The translations under genes and the position numbers were made by a program. From a bacterium (GTDB taxonomy: Bacteria > Patescibacteriota > Minisyncoccia > Phycocordibacterales > JAGLPS01): a stretch of DNA of 64,000 nt. A model generated the notes under the pieces. It did not search any database. It was given only the letters and a program-made list of their open reading frames with translations, and had not been told where the DNA came from. Shown here piece after piece: positions 9,014 through 18,518 of the stretch (positions are counted from its first letter, which is position 1; each line of letters starts with the position of its first letter). The stretch is taken from assembly GCA_030690305.1 (NCBI GenBank), contig JAUYHB010000024.1:260-64259 (forward strand), read 5' to 3'.

Positions 9014-9906
9014 ATTGTTTTTTCAATGATTCGAAGCTTGGCGCTTCTGGCACGGGGATTGTCCTTTACTTCCTTAAAATCCGCCGTGATGACTTTTTTA
9101 TTGACTAACGAAGCCGTCTCTTCTTTTTCTCTTTCCCGAAAAAAAGTCTTTACCGTTCTGTCTTCGCCGCTGTGAAAAGATATGACTCCCATTCGCCCTT
9201 TGTCGGCAAGCCGTGCAAAACCTTTTGTTAGCCCTTCTTTCAATGCGCCGACTTCATCATTAACCGCCATTCGGAGCGCCTGAAAAGTTTTTGTGGCGGG
9301 ATGAATGCGGCGGGTTGCATACCATGACGGAGTGGCTTTCTTAATGACATCGACAAGTTCGGCGGTTGTTCCGATGGGTTTCTTGTTTCTCTGCTCCACG
9401 ATTGCCGAAGCGATGCGTCGTCCGAAACTTTCTTCTCCGTACTCGTACAGAAGCCATTCGAGGTCCTCTTTGCTCCATCCGTTTATTATTGAAAACGCGG
9501 TAGTGGTCTCGGGAGTGATTTCTTTTTCAAAGGTCATCAAAAGCGGTTCGTCTTTCTGAAAAGAAAATCCCCGACCGCTTACTTCCAGTTGTTCGGAATT
9601 AAGACCGAGGTCAAAGAGTATCGAGTGCGCTTCTTTTATGCCGGCTTCGTCAAGAACCGTATCAAGATTCCTGAAATTCGCCTGTTTTAAAATCACGCGA
9701 CACTTCGCTGTCCCAAGACTTTTTTTTGCTTCCTCAAGTCTGTCGGCGTCTCTGTCGATTCCGACATATGTCCCTTTGGAACCCAGGAGTGCCGCGACTG
9801 AGGCACCGTGCCCTCCGTTCCCTACCGTTGCATCGAGAAAGACGCTTCCTTCTTTGGGAAGAAGTCCTGCGACAACTTCTTGTAAAAGAACACTGACGTG
9901 GGACAT
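9010..9906 (-). CDS. rsmH: 16S rRNA (cytosine1402-N4)-methyltransferase RsmH/MraW
   Basis: 'VLLQEVV..L....GSVFLDATVGNGGHGASV'. Confidence 0.9.
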   Translation of the reverse strand: MSHVSVLLQEVVAGLLPKEGSVFLDATVGNGGHGASVAALLGSKGTYVGIDRDADRLEEAKKSLGTAKCRVILKQANFRNLDTVLDEAGIKEAHSILFDLGLNSEQLEVSGRGFSFQKDEPLLMTFEKEITPETTTAFSIINGWSKEDLEWLLYEYGEESFGRRIASAIVEQRNKKPIGTTAELVDVIKKATPSWYATRRIHPATKTFQALRMAVNDEVGALKEGLTKGFARLADKGRMGVISFHSGEDRTVKTFFREREKEETASLVNKKVITADFKEVKDNPRARSAKLRIIEKTI

Positions 9907-9910
9907 AGGA

Positions 9911-10345
9911 CTAAAAGGCTCCTATTTCTCCCAATTTCTCGGCGAGAAGATCGGCCTGCTTCTCGATCCGTTTCTTGTATTCCGTCCATCGTTTCTCGTC
10001 CCAGATTTCTATCCTGTTGTGAACGCCAGCAAACACTACCTTGCCCGTCAGCTGAGCGAACTCTCTCAAGAAATCCGGAATGAGAATCCTGCCGATAGAA
10101 TCGACACCCGCCTCCACCGCACCGGCGAGCATGAAGCGATTGAAGCCTCTTGCGTCCGCCTGCCCCATCGCGAGTGCTCCGAGCTTTTCGGAAATTGTTT
10201 TCCACTCACCGATAGGATACAGAAAGAGACAATTATCGAGTCCGTGGGTGATAACGACCGTTTTGCCTACTTCCTTTCGAAATTTCGAAGGAAGGGAAAC
10301 GCGGCTCTTGTCATCAATCGTGTGTGTGTATTCTCCAATTAACAT
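9911..10345 (-). CDS. mraZ: transcriptional regulator MraZ
   Basis: 'MLIGEYTHTIDDKSRVSLPSKFRK' with duplicated MraZ domain. Confidence 0.9.
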   Translation of the reverse strand: MLIGEYTHTIDDKSRVSLPSKFRKEVGKTVVITHGLDNCLFLYPIGEWKTISEKLGALAMGQADARGFNRFMLAGAVEAGVDSIGRILIPDFLREFAQLTGKVVFAGVHNRIEIWDEKRWTEYKKRIEKQADLLAEKLGEIGAF

Positions 10346-10512
10346 TTTTCCACTTTATCCCACGTGCCTACATTATATAACACACTCTCCCACCCTACTA
10401 TGTTTCTTATCCACACAATTCACTAAGTTATTGATTAAATCTTCTTTATGTTGTATAATTAGGGTTAGGTAGAAATAAGGCTCTTTTTAAAGTCACAACA
10501 AGGAGGTTTTGT

Positions 10513-10719
10513 ATGAGGGGAAGAAACAGCGATTCACAAAATGTGTGCGCACGGTTTGAGGCCAACGCACGGACATTCGGAAGAGGAGCATGTTCCCGCT
10601 CTTCCCGAGCACATGAACCGGTTTATCTTAGGAAGGAGGAACGGCCCCACGGCCAGGAAATCGTCAAAATAGTCACAGGCAGTCCTGTGACAACCCTTTT
10701 TCAGACAGGAGGCAGATAA
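10513..10719 (+). CDS. hypothetical small protein (68 aa)
   Basis: Near-consensus -10 'tgtataat' at about 10452, strong SD 'aaggagg' 7 nt before the ATG, terminator downstream. No homology recognised. Confidence 0.4.
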   Translation: MRGRNSDSQNVCARFEANARTFGRGACSRSSRAHEPVYLRKEERPHGQEIVKIVTGSPVTTLFQTGGR

Positions 10720-10736
10720 CCGTAGCAGAAATTTCA

Positions 10737-10775
10737 AAAGCCCAAGCGACACACGCTTGGGCTTTTCTTTTCAAA
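10737..10775. terminator. rho-independent terminator
   Basis: Hairpin aagcccaagcg-acacac-gcttgggctt followed by ttcttttc. Confidence 0.55.
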
Positions 10776-10785
10776 TAAAATTAAA

Positions 10786-10794
10786 TGTGGTATA
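10786..10794 (+). promoter_or_regulatory. extended -10 element (tggtataat)
   Basis: TGnTATAAT match, followed by an 'aaggagga' SD and the ATG at 10851. Confidence 0.4.
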
Positions 10795-10850
10795 ATGATG
10801 TTCAGATAAAAAGACCTTTTTAAAACGATCCCTAACCTTAAGGAGGACAT

Positions 10851-11132
10851 ATGGAACGCCAAATCAGTCAGTGGGATTTTGTATCTCTCCGACAGTCCTT
10901 CAAAACAAGTGAAGGGATTGTTCCGGAAAATACAAAAGCGCGGGTGCTCGAATTGTACGGAAAGAAGCGGTGCAAGGTGTTGTTTTTTTCGTCACGTTTT
11001 TACAAAGACGTGGTCCCACAAGAGATTCTTGCATTCGAACATTCCCACGTAGAATTTACACGTCGGATGCTTTCGCTGGAAAGACCGCCTGTCCCAATGT
11101 TTCATAACATCCCCAACATCTGTTACGCCTGA
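10851..11132 (+). CDS. hypothetical protein (93 aa)
   Basis: Extended -10, strong SD and terminator. No recognisable domain. Confidence 0.55.
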   Translation: MERQISQWDFVSLRQSFKTSEGIVPENTKARVLELYGKKRCKVLFFSSRFYKDVVPQEILAFEHSHVEFTRRMLSLERPPVPMFHNIPNICYA

Positions 11133-11146
11133 ACAAAAACATAAAA

Positions 11147-11178
11147 AACGCCTCGTTTCTTGAGGCGTTTTTTCTTTT
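11147..11178. terminator. bidirectional rho-independent terminator (shared with lysS)
   Basis: Hairpin aacgcctcg-tttctt-gaggcgtt followed by ttttctttt. Confidence 0.6.
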
Positions 11179-11181
11179 TAT

Positions 11182-12636
11182 TTAATCTTTCGGTCTCATT
11201 AGAGGAAAGATTTGAGATTCCCGAATGCTTTCACCCGACAAGAAACTGAAAAGTCTTTCTGAAAGACCGAAACCGAAAGTCGGCGGCATTCCATATTCCA
11301 TCGCCTCCACATATTCAAAATCGGCCATATGCGCCTCATTATCACCGGCGTCACGGAGTTTCTGCTGATTTTCGAAACGTTCCCGCTGGTCGATAGGGTC
11401 ATTCAGTTCATTAAACGCCTTTCCCACTTCGCTTCCGGCTAAAATAATTTGGAAACGGTCAACGACACTCGGGTCTTTAACGGATTTTTTCGCAAGAGGT
11501 TCAAGATATATCGGAAACCCGGTGAGAATAACAGGTCCTTTTATGGTCTTCCTGATTTTTTTCCAAAGAAGGTCAATGCCCCGCCCTATATCAATATTTT
11601 CTTCATATTTTATTTTTTCCTTATCCAGAAGACCGCACACAACTTTTCTATCGGCCTTTCTTGGATCAAAACCATATTGTTCCTGCATGAGCGCATTGAA
11701 ATCCTGCCAAATCCATTCATCTCCAAGGTCAATATCAAATTCGCCTATTTTGAATTTGAGCGTATTGAATGTTTCTTTTGCAACCTGCTTATACAGTTCA
11801 ATAACCATAGGAATGCCCTTGCGTGCGTCCTGGTATGCTTCGTAAAATTCAAAATGCGTATAATCTTGGGCATGTTCATACGACATTCCTTCGTTTCTAA
11901 ACACCCTCCCGATTTCAAATATTTTGGGAATACCGCCGATAATCAATTTTTTGTGCCACAACTCAGGCGAAATACGCAGATACACGTCTATATCCAGTGC
12001 GTTGTGGTGAGTAACAAAAGGTCGTGCCTCGGCACCTCCCGTTTTGGTTTCTAAAATAGGAGTTTCAACTTCGATAAAACCGCGTTTAAGCATAAAAGAA
12101 CGGACAGCGTTCCAAAATACCGAGCGTTTTTTTATGATTTCGGTCGTTTTCTGATTAAGTAAAATGTCGAGATATCGTTTTCGGTACCGCCCCTCTTCAT
12201 CTTTGATACCAAACCACTCATCAGGAATTTGATTTAAGCTCTTTGAAAGCAGTCTCCATGATTTTCCCGATAACGAATTGACTCCCCTCTTGGTGGTGAA
12301 CGCTCCTCCGGTAATTTCCACAAAATCGCCGGTATTGATGGTTTCTACAAATAACTTGAATTGTTCTTCGCCAATATCGTCTTTTTTTACCAATGCTTGC
12401 ACGCGGGCAGAACCGTCAAAGAGGTCAATAAAAATAATTCCCCCTTGGTCCCTAAACGACATAATGCGTCCGGCAAGAGTTACCTGTTCTTGCGAAGAAA
12501 AAAGCGTACTAAAAACTTCCAGAAAATTGGCATTTTCATGCGTCCGAAAAGATTCAGCGGGATGAGGGTCAATCCCGTGTTCTTTTAAAATTTCTATCTT
12601 TTTCAGCCTTTCGGACCGAGTTTCGTCAGTAGACAT
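11182..12636 (-). CDS. lysS: lysyl-tRNA synthetase, class II
   Basis: Class II motifs 'FRTHENANFLEV', 'RVFRNEGMSYEH', 'GGAEARPF'. Start placed at 'MSTDETR', 7 nt after a 'tgatataat' -10, which suggests a leaderless mRNA. Confidence 0.9.
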   Translation of the reverse strand: MSTDETRSERLKKIEILKEHGIDPHPAESFRTHENANFLEVFSTLFSSQEQVTLAGRIMSFRDQGGIIFIDLFDGSARVQALVKKDDIGEEQFKLFVETINTGDFVEITGGAFTTKRGVNSLSGKSWRLLSKSLNQIPDEWFGIKDEEGRYRKRYLDILLNQKTTEIIKKRSVFWNAVRSFMLKRGFIEVETPILETKTGGAEARPFVTHHNALDIDVYLRISPELWHKKLIIGGIPKIFEIGRVFRNEGMSYEHAQDYTHFEFYEAYQDARKGIPMVIELYKQVAKETFNTLKFKIGEFDIDLGDEWIWQDFNALMQEQYGFDPRKADRKVVCGLLDKEKIKYEENIDIGRGIDLLWKKIRKTIKGPVILTGFPIYLEPLAKKSVKDPSVVDRFQIILAGSEVGKAFNELNDPIDQRERFENQQKLRDAGDNEAHMADFEYVEAMEYGMPPTFGFGLSERLFSFLSGESIRESQIFPLMRPKD

Positions 12637-12697
12637 GGGCTCTATTATATCAATTTTTCTTTTTTTCTTCCCGCTTTCCCCAGGCCGTTTGAGTAAG

Positions 12698-12847
12698 AAC
12701 TCACTTTCCAAAAATCTTACGGGACCTCTCCCCCCAGTTGGAGCGAGCAACCCCTTTTTCAGAGACTAGCGAGTGCGACGGCACGAGCTCGAGGAATTTT
12801 CTAGTAAGAAAATATCCGTGCTCTGAAGAAGGGATTGTGAACGATTT
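12698..12847. repeat. copy R1 of a dispersed intergenic repeat family (about 150 bp) containing the palindrome gGAATTTTCTAGTAAGAAAATATCc
   Basis: About 85% identical over about 150 bp to the reverse complement of 58020-58165. Partial matches at 46156-46250, 20934-21025 and 36781-36870. Confidence 0.7.
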
Positions 12848-13315
12848 TTATTTGATTTTCAGAATTTTGTATCGAACGGCGCCTTCGGGAGTTTCAAAGG
12901 AAAAAGTTTCTCCTTTCTTTTTTCCTATAATCGCTTTGCCGAACGGAGATTTCATGGATATTTTCGCGGCGGAAATGTCTGCTTCTTCCGAGCCGACAAT
13001 TGTATACACAAGTTCCCCCTTTCCCCCTTCGCGGGAAACCGTCACAACAGAGCCTACCGAAACTACGTCACCGTGGGCGCCTGAAACAATGTGCGCGGTT
13101 TTAATGAGAGACTCAAGCCGCGTGATTCGATTCTCGGTGTTTGCCTGCATTTCACGCGCTTCATGGTACTCGGCGTTTTCAGACAGGTCTCCGAGAGATT
13201 TTGCGTATTCAAGACTTTCGGCTATTTCTTTGCGTCTGGTCTTTTTGAGGTATTCAAGTTCTTTCTTGAATTCGTCATATTTCTCCTGCGTAAGATATTC
13301 TTTTTCTTCTTTCAT
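12848..13315 (-). CDS. greA: transcription elongation factor GreA
   Basis: 'YLTQEKYDEFKKELEYL...GDLSENAEY' and the FKBP-like C-terminal domain. Confidence 0.9.
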   Translation of the reverse strand: MKEEKEYLTQEKYDEFKKELEYLKKTRRKEIAESLEYAKSLGDLSENAEYHEAREMQANTENRITRLESLIKTAHIVSGAHGDVVSVGSVVTVSREGGKGELVYTIVGSEEADISAAKISMKSPFGKAIIGKKKGETFSFETPEGAVRYKILKIK

Positions 13316-13355
13316 ATTTGTTGGAAATTCATTCTATCGTGCAACAGGGTCAAAG

Positions 13356-15068
13356 TCAATTTGCGGGTTTTGCCTCAAAATATTCTGGTGTATGCGCGTT
13401 CATCCAGTCAAGAAGCTGGCGCATAACATAGGCTCCTCCAATAAGGTTCGTAACAGGCCCGCGCTCCATAACAACCGCAAAAGCGTATCGGGGAACGTCA
13501 AACGGAAAGAAACCGACAATCCACGAGTTCACATATTGCTTTGCCACGCCGAGTTCGGCGGTTCCCGTTTTTGCGGCAACTTTGACAAACGGGACGGAGA
13601 GGCCCTGGGCCGTTCCTTCCGTCACAGCCATTCGCATTCCCTCTTTGACAATAGTGAAATATTCGGAGGGGATATTAAGCGAGGTGGATTCTATTTTTCC
13701 TTCCGACACTATTTTGGGCCGTAAGAGCATTCCTTCGTTCGCAATCGCGGCAATCGCCCGAACAATCTGGATGGGCGTTACCTGAACACTGTATTGGCCG
13801 ATAGCCGTGTTATACGTATCCCCGACTCTCCACGCCTCTCCGTTAAAAGTTTCCTCCTTCCATTGCGGTGTCGGAATCAGTCCCGTTTCTTCATGTGGAA
13901 GGTCAATGCCCGTTTCCTCTCCGAAACCGAATTTTTTCATATACTCGTCGATTCTCTGTATGCCGAGGCCTTGCTGGTCTTCAAACCCCCCTCCGATTTC
14001 GTAAAAATATACGTCCGAAGAAACCGCGAGCGCGTGTCTCATGTCAACCCAGCCATGCGCTTTCCAGTCTTTAAAAACCGAACTTTGTCCCGGTGCGTAC
14101 GGGTTTGGAATGGAAATCGAACCGGTGGAAAGAATTTGTTTTTCCGGAGAAATGATTTGTTCGTTAAGAGCGGCAAGGGCAAGAAACGGTTTTACAATCG
14201 AGCCCGGAGTGTACAGCCCCGCAACGGCACGATTGAGAAAAGGTGTGTATGGATTGTTTACATAGTTTCTAATCTGTTCCGAATCGCCTCCGGTTAAGAC
14301 CGCCGAGCTGTATTCCGGGTAACTTGCAAGTGCAAGCATTTCTCCCGTCTGCACATCCATGATGAGGCCCGAGCCCGCTCGGAAACCGACATTGCCCGCC
14401 GTCTCCCTGATAATTTCATACAGCTTGCTTTGTATTGCCGAATCAACCGACAAAGAAAGGCTTCTTCCGCGCACAGGGGGCTCGATGACACTTTCGGACT
14501 GAACCGCGCCAAGAGCGTCGGTTTCGGTAATTTTCAAGCCGTTTGCTCCTCCAAGTAAAACATCATAGGCTCGTTCGACACCCTCCCGCCCATCGAATGT
14601 TTCCTGATAGTAAAAACCGTCGCTGTCTTTTGACGGATATTTAAGGTAGCCGAGAAGATGAGAAAGTCCGGGGAGAGACGTGTATTCGCGTAAAGAAAAA
14701 TCAGGGTTGTTCGGATGGATGCTGTTCCACGCCAATTCCACCTTGTTCCGGTCATAGACAACTCCCCGCTCGGAAAAGATAAGCGTGTGCCGTAGACGGT
14801 TGTTTTCGCTCTTTTGCGCATACGTTTTTCCCTCAACAATTTGCAAAGAAAATAACCGGAATACGAATACCAATCCGACAAAAAGAAAGAATACGCCGAG
14901 ATAGAGCGGCACTGATGAAGAAATCGGTTTCTCCAGTCTCCCTTCAAACTGGTTTCGGTCAAACTTCGGCAGGTTGCTTGAGTCAAGAAAAATATCTTCC
15001 GGGGCGATGTCCGCATATCTGTCACGCGGCCGCAACGGCAATTTTAGAAAATTCCGCAATCTTTTCAT
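13356..15068 (-). CDS. mrdA: peptidoglycan D,D-transpeptidase PBP2 (MrdA)
   Basis: TM, 'GSIVKP' SxxK, 'KTGTAE'. Adjacent to mreBCD. Confidence 0.8.
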   Translation of the reverse strand: MKRLRNFLKLPLRPRDRYADIAPEDIFLDSSNLPKFDRNQFEGRLEKPISSSVPLYLGVFFLFVGLVFVFRLFSLQIVEGKTYAQKSENNRLRHTLIFSERGVVYDRNKVELAWNSIHPNNPDFSLREYTSLPGLSHLLGYLKYPSKDSDGFYYQETFDGREGVERAYDVLLGGANGLKITETDALGAVQSESVIEPPVRGRSLSLSVDSAIQSKLYEIIRETAGNVGFRAGSGLIMDVQTGEMLALASYPEYSSAVLTGGDSEQIRNYVNNPYTPFLNRAVAGLYTPGSIVKPFLALAALNEQIISPEKQILSTGSISIPNPYAPGQSSVFKDWKAHGWVDMRHALAVSSDVYFYEIGGGFEDQQGLGIQRIDEYMKKFGFGEETGIDLPHEETGLIPTPQWKEETFNGEAWRVGDTYNTAIGQYSVQVTPIQIVRAIAAIANEGMLLRPKIVSEGKIESTSLNIPSEYFTIVKEGMRMAVTEGTAQGLSVPFVKVAAKTGTAELGVAKQYVNSWIVGFFPFDVPRYAFAVVMERGPVTNLIGGAYVMRQLLDWMNAHTPEYFEAKPAN

Positions 15069-15089
15069 GTTTTTTCATTATACACTCCC

Positions 15090-15350
15090 CTATACCCGCA
15101 CATATTTCTTGGCAAAAAACGAAAGCATGAGGAGGGCGTACGCAAGCAGTATCCCGAAGGGAAAACGGGGAAAAAAGAAAAAAGGAACCGCGTGCAAAGC
15201 ATCAAAAACAAAACCGAATAAAATAATTTCGTAATAGGAAGAAAAACGGACAAGCGCCGAAAGAGCAAGAAGAAGCGTTACCCACCACGGAAAAAGCAGA
15301 GATGAAAAAAGAATGATGAAAACAAAAATTCTAAAAACAATGTTACTCAT
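15090..15350 (-). CDS. mreD: small polytopic membrane protein, MreD-like
   Basis: 86 aa, hydrophobic, directly downstream of mreC. Confidence 0.45.
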   Translation of the reverse strand: MSNIVFRIFVFIILFSSLLFPWWVTLLLALSALVRFSSYYEIILFGFVFDALHAVPFFFFPRFPFGILLAYALLMLSFFAKKYVRV

Positions 15351-16167
15351 GGTGTAAAGGTGGAAATATCATTACGCGCTGGAGATTGTTCATATTGACC
15401 GGACCCTTGAGGTATACGGCTTGAAAGGAAGATGCGGGATCCGAGTCGATATGCCCGACTTCGGCAACAATCAAATTATCAAGGGAAGAAATTTCAAGAA
15501 TATCTCCCTTTACGATATCGAACGCCTTTGGCAATAAAGCGACAAAATTTCCATTTCCCCTGCCTTCCAGACGGACGGCCTCACCCGTGCGGGCGACAAA
15601 TGTTTGCGTCGTTTCTCCAGGGGAAGACGCGAGCAACACATGAGACGTAAGAACGTCCACGCCGATAATTTTCCCGAGATATGCCCCGAGGTACGCAACA
15701 CTCGCATCTTTTTCAACGTTGTTTTTTGTTCCGGCGTCAACAATGAGCGTATCAAAAGGCGTATACGGCGGACGTGACAATACGGCGACAAGCATACCTT
15801 CGGCGGAAGGGGTTCTTCCCAAGAGTTCCCGTAAGCGCACATTTTCAAAACGGAGAACCTCATTCGCCATGCGGTCGAATTTCAGACTTTCGATTTGTTC
15901 TTTAAGGAGTCTATTTTCTTCCTCAAGTTTCACCCGCGGAACAAAAAACGCGGAAAGAAAATCCGTGCCTTCCAGAAGCGCGCCGTGCGCGATAAAAAGA
16001 GGCCGAAAACTTGTTTTAAAAATATTTGAGAAAAAGGGATGTGCAATAAGAAAAAGGGAGAAAAACAATACAGCCACGCTTGAGGCAATGAGCGCCCGCC
16101 TTTTTAAGGGCGATGGGTTTCTTCTATTCTTGAGGAGGTAGTTCATCTTCGTTAACAATAAGAACAT
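15343..16167 (-). CDS. mreC: rod shape-determining protein MreC
   Basis: N-terminal TM, coiled coil 'LKEQIESLK...ENVRLRELL', beta-rich C-terminal domain. Downstream of mreB. Confidence 0.75.
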   Translation of the reverse strand: MFLLLTKMNYLLKNRRNPSPLKRRALIASSVAVLFFSLFLIAHPFFSNIFKTSFRPLFIAHGALLEGTDFLSAFFVPRVKLEEENRLLKEQIESLKFDRMANEVLRFENVRLRELLGRTPSAEGMLVAVLSRPPYTPFDTLIVDAGTKNNVEKDASVAYLGAYLGKIIGVDVLTSHVLLASSPGETTQTFVARTGEAVRLEGRGNGNFVALLPKAFDIVKGDILEISSLDNLIVAEVGHIDSDPASSFQAVYLKGPVNMNNLQRVMIFPPLHHE

Positions 16168-17188
16168 CCTCGTATTCTTTTAAATTTTCCAAAACAATAC
16201 CGGTACCGCGCGCGACAGCCGTGAGCGGGTCATCCGCAATGTGCACGGGAATTTTTACGTATTCCTGAATCATATCTCCCAGACCCCGTAACAATGCCCC
16301 TCCGCCGACAAGATGGATTCCGCGATGCATGATGTCTCCGAGAAGTTCGGGAGGAGTGGTTTCCAGCACTTCTTTCGTCGCCTCAATCAACGTGTCGATG
16401 GACGAAGAAACGGCTTCCCGAATATCCGAGTCAGTGATAATAACCTCACGCGGAAGCCCCGTAATGAGGTCACGGCCCTTTATTGTGGACTCTAGCGGCA
16501 TATGTTCGGGAATCATGGTACCGATGGCTATTTTTACGTCTTCAGCGGTTTTCTCTCCGACAAGAATTTTAAATTCGTTTCGGATGTAAGAAATGATGTC
16601 GTTGTTAAGACGTTCACCGGCAATACGCAAATTTTTTGATTGAACCACTCCACCCAAAGAAATGACGGCGATGTCGGTCGTTCCGCCCCCGATGTCAATA
16701 ATCATATTCCCTATCGCGTCGTGAACGGGCAGACGAATTCCGATAGCGGCAGCCATTGGTTCTTCGACAATATATACTTCTCTTGCTCCCGCGTTTTTTG
16801 TCGCATCGCGAACGGCACGGGTTTCAACATTCGTAATACCGGAAGGAACGCCGACAACCACCCGCGGACCGAGAAGTTTCCTTGAACTTTCTTGAGCTTT
16901 GTTGAGAAGATAGGCAATCATCTCTTCGGTAACTTCAAAGTCCGAGATAACACCGTCAACGACGGGCTTGACCGGAATGATGTGAGGGGGCGTTCGTCCA
17001 AGCATTTGTTTTGCTTGCGCCCCGACCGCAACCACCTGCCCCGTTTTGTGGTTTACCGCAACAACGGAAGGTTCATTGATAACGATTCCCCGCCCGTGAA
17101 CATAGACAAGGGTATTGGCGGTACCTAAATCGATACCGATATCGTTTGAAAACAAGGTATACAGTTTTTCCAACTTTTTGTTAAACAC
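16124..17188 (-). CDS. mreB: rod shape-determining actin homolog MreB
   Basis: 'IGIDLGTANTLVYV...GIVINEPSVVA', actin/Hsp70 fold motifs. Confidence 0.9.
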   Translation of the reverse strand: MFNKKLEKLYTLFSNDIGIDLGTANTLVYVHGRGIVINEPSVVAVNHKTGQVVAVGAQAKQMLGRTPPHIIPVKPVVDGVISDFEVTEEMIAYLLNKAQESSRKLLGPRVVVGVPSGITNVETRAVRDATKNAGAREVYIVEEPMAAAIGIRLPVHDAIGNMIIDIGGGTTDIAVISLGGVVQSKNLRIAGERLNNDIISYIRNEFKILVGEKTAEDVKIAIGTMIPEHMPLESTIKGRDLITGLPREVIITDSDIREAVSSSIDTLIEATKEVLETTPPELLGDIMHRGIHLVGGGALLRGLGDMIQEYVKIPVHIADDPLTAVARGTGIVLENLKEYEDVLIVNEDELPPQE

Positions 17189-17211
17189 GGGGCGTATTGT
17201 TAAAGAGGGGC

Positions 17212-18474
17212 TTAAGACCGAAACTGACTTAGATATTGTGAGGACAGAGAGCTGTTGTCAATAGAGATTATTTTTCCGTCTTTACGTGACTTTACTTCGA
17301 TTTTTCCTTCCGCAACGGTCTTTTCGCTTATTACAAAACGGTACGGGATACCAATAAGGTCGGCATCGGCGAGTTTTTCTCCCGGGGAAGCGTCACGTTC
17401 GTCATAGAGCACTTCAATACCCGCGTTTCTTAATACGTTGAAGGTTTTGTCCGCGGCATCCGTCACGTCTTTCTTTTCGCCAAGACGGAGAAGGTGCACT
17501 TGAAACGGAGCAATGGAAGAAGGCCACACCATTCCCTTTCCGTCAGCCATTACTTCAACAATCACTCCCATAAGCCTTCCCGGTCCGATACCGTAACTGC
17601 CCATAATGACAGGCTGCTTCTCCCCTTTGTCGTTTACAAACGTAAGCCCAAACGCGTCCGAAAAACGGGTACCAAGACTAAAAATATTTCCCACCTCAAC
17701 CGTCTTTTTTTCAACTAAATCTTTTCGGGAAATTTTTAGGTCGGCAAGCACTTCATCCGTTAATACTTCCTTATTTATGGCAAGTTTTCTTTTTTCGTCC
17801 ACATAGATAAGGTCTTCTCCCGCCGCGGTTTCCGTTTGAAATTCATGGGAATATTTTGAGAACGTTCCGCCGGAAGCGAACGTTAAATGTGTCTTGTCCC
17901 CTATACCGAGACGGGCAAAGACCGTTTTATAGGCTTCTTTGGCCTTTTCATAAAACGCCTCGTGTTCTCCTTGGGTGCGGGAAAACGAGTATAAGTCTTT
18001 CATAATGAATTCCCGCAGCCGCATAATACCGCTTTTCGCCCGCGTTTCGTTCCTGAATTTTGTCTGGAATTGATACACGGCGCACGGAAGGTCGCGGTAC
18101 GAACGCACGTATTCGGTCATAATTTTTGTCAGCGGTTCCTCGTGAGTGAACGCAAGACCAACCTCCGTATCGTTTTTAAATTTTGTTTTAAACCAATTGT
18201 CGACTGCTCTGTCGTCCCATCGGTTTGTTTTTTCCCATACCGCTTTGTCTTGAAGGGCTGTCAAAAAAACTTCTTGCCCGCCAATGTGATTCATTTCCTC
18301 GCGGATAATGTTTGTTATTTTATTGAGAACGCGCAAACCTAAAGGCAGATACGAATACGCTCCGGCCATTTCTTTGTGTATGAATCCGGCCTGTATAAGA
18401 AGGAGGGCGTTTTTGGAAACTTCGTCTTTGGGAGTCTCTTTTCTCGTCTTTGTAAAAAGTTGGGATTGAAGCAT
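17212..18474 (-). CDS. proS: prolyl-tRNA synthetase (short form)
   Basis: 'LLIQAGFIHK...GAYSYLPLGLRV', class II motifs and a C-terminal anticodon-binding domain. About 420 aa, so no editing insertion. Confidence 0.75.
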   Translation of the reverse strand: MLQSQLFTKTRKETPKDEVSKNALLLIQAGFIHKEMAGAYSYLPLGLRVLNKITNIIREEMNHIGGQEVFLTALQDKAVWEKTNRWDDRAVDNWFKTKFKNDTEVGLAFTHEEPLTKIMTEYVRSYRDLPCAVYQFQTKFRNETRAKSGIMRLREFIMKDLYSFSRTQGEHEAFYEKAKEAYKTVFARLGIGDKTHLTFASGGTFSKYSHEFQTETAAGEDLIYVDEKRKLAINKEVLTDEVLADLKISRKDLVEKKTVEVGNIFSLGTRFSDAFGLTFVNDKGEKQPVIMGSYGIGPGRLMGVIVEVMADGKGMVWPSSIAPFQVHLLRLGEKKDVTDAADKTFNVLRNAGIEVLYDERDASPGEKLADADLIGIPYRFVISEKTVAEGKIEVKSRKDGKIISIDNSSLSSQYLSQFRS

Positions 18475-18518
18475 TGACTTCAATACTACAAGAAAAAAGG
18501 GCTTCAATCAAACGGATA

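Noticed and set aside
9638-10342. 234-aa plus-strand ORF overlapping rsmH and mraZ
   Set aside because: Antisense to two strongly supported conserved genes.
11449-12054. 201-aa plus-strand ORF antisense to lysS
   Set aside because: Shadow ORF. lysS class II motifs clearly define the minus-strand frame.
12738-13724. 328-aa plus-strand ORF spanning greA and the 3' end of mrdA
   Set aside because: Antisense to two well-supported genes and crosses their intergenic region. Low-complexity Ser/Phe-rich translation.
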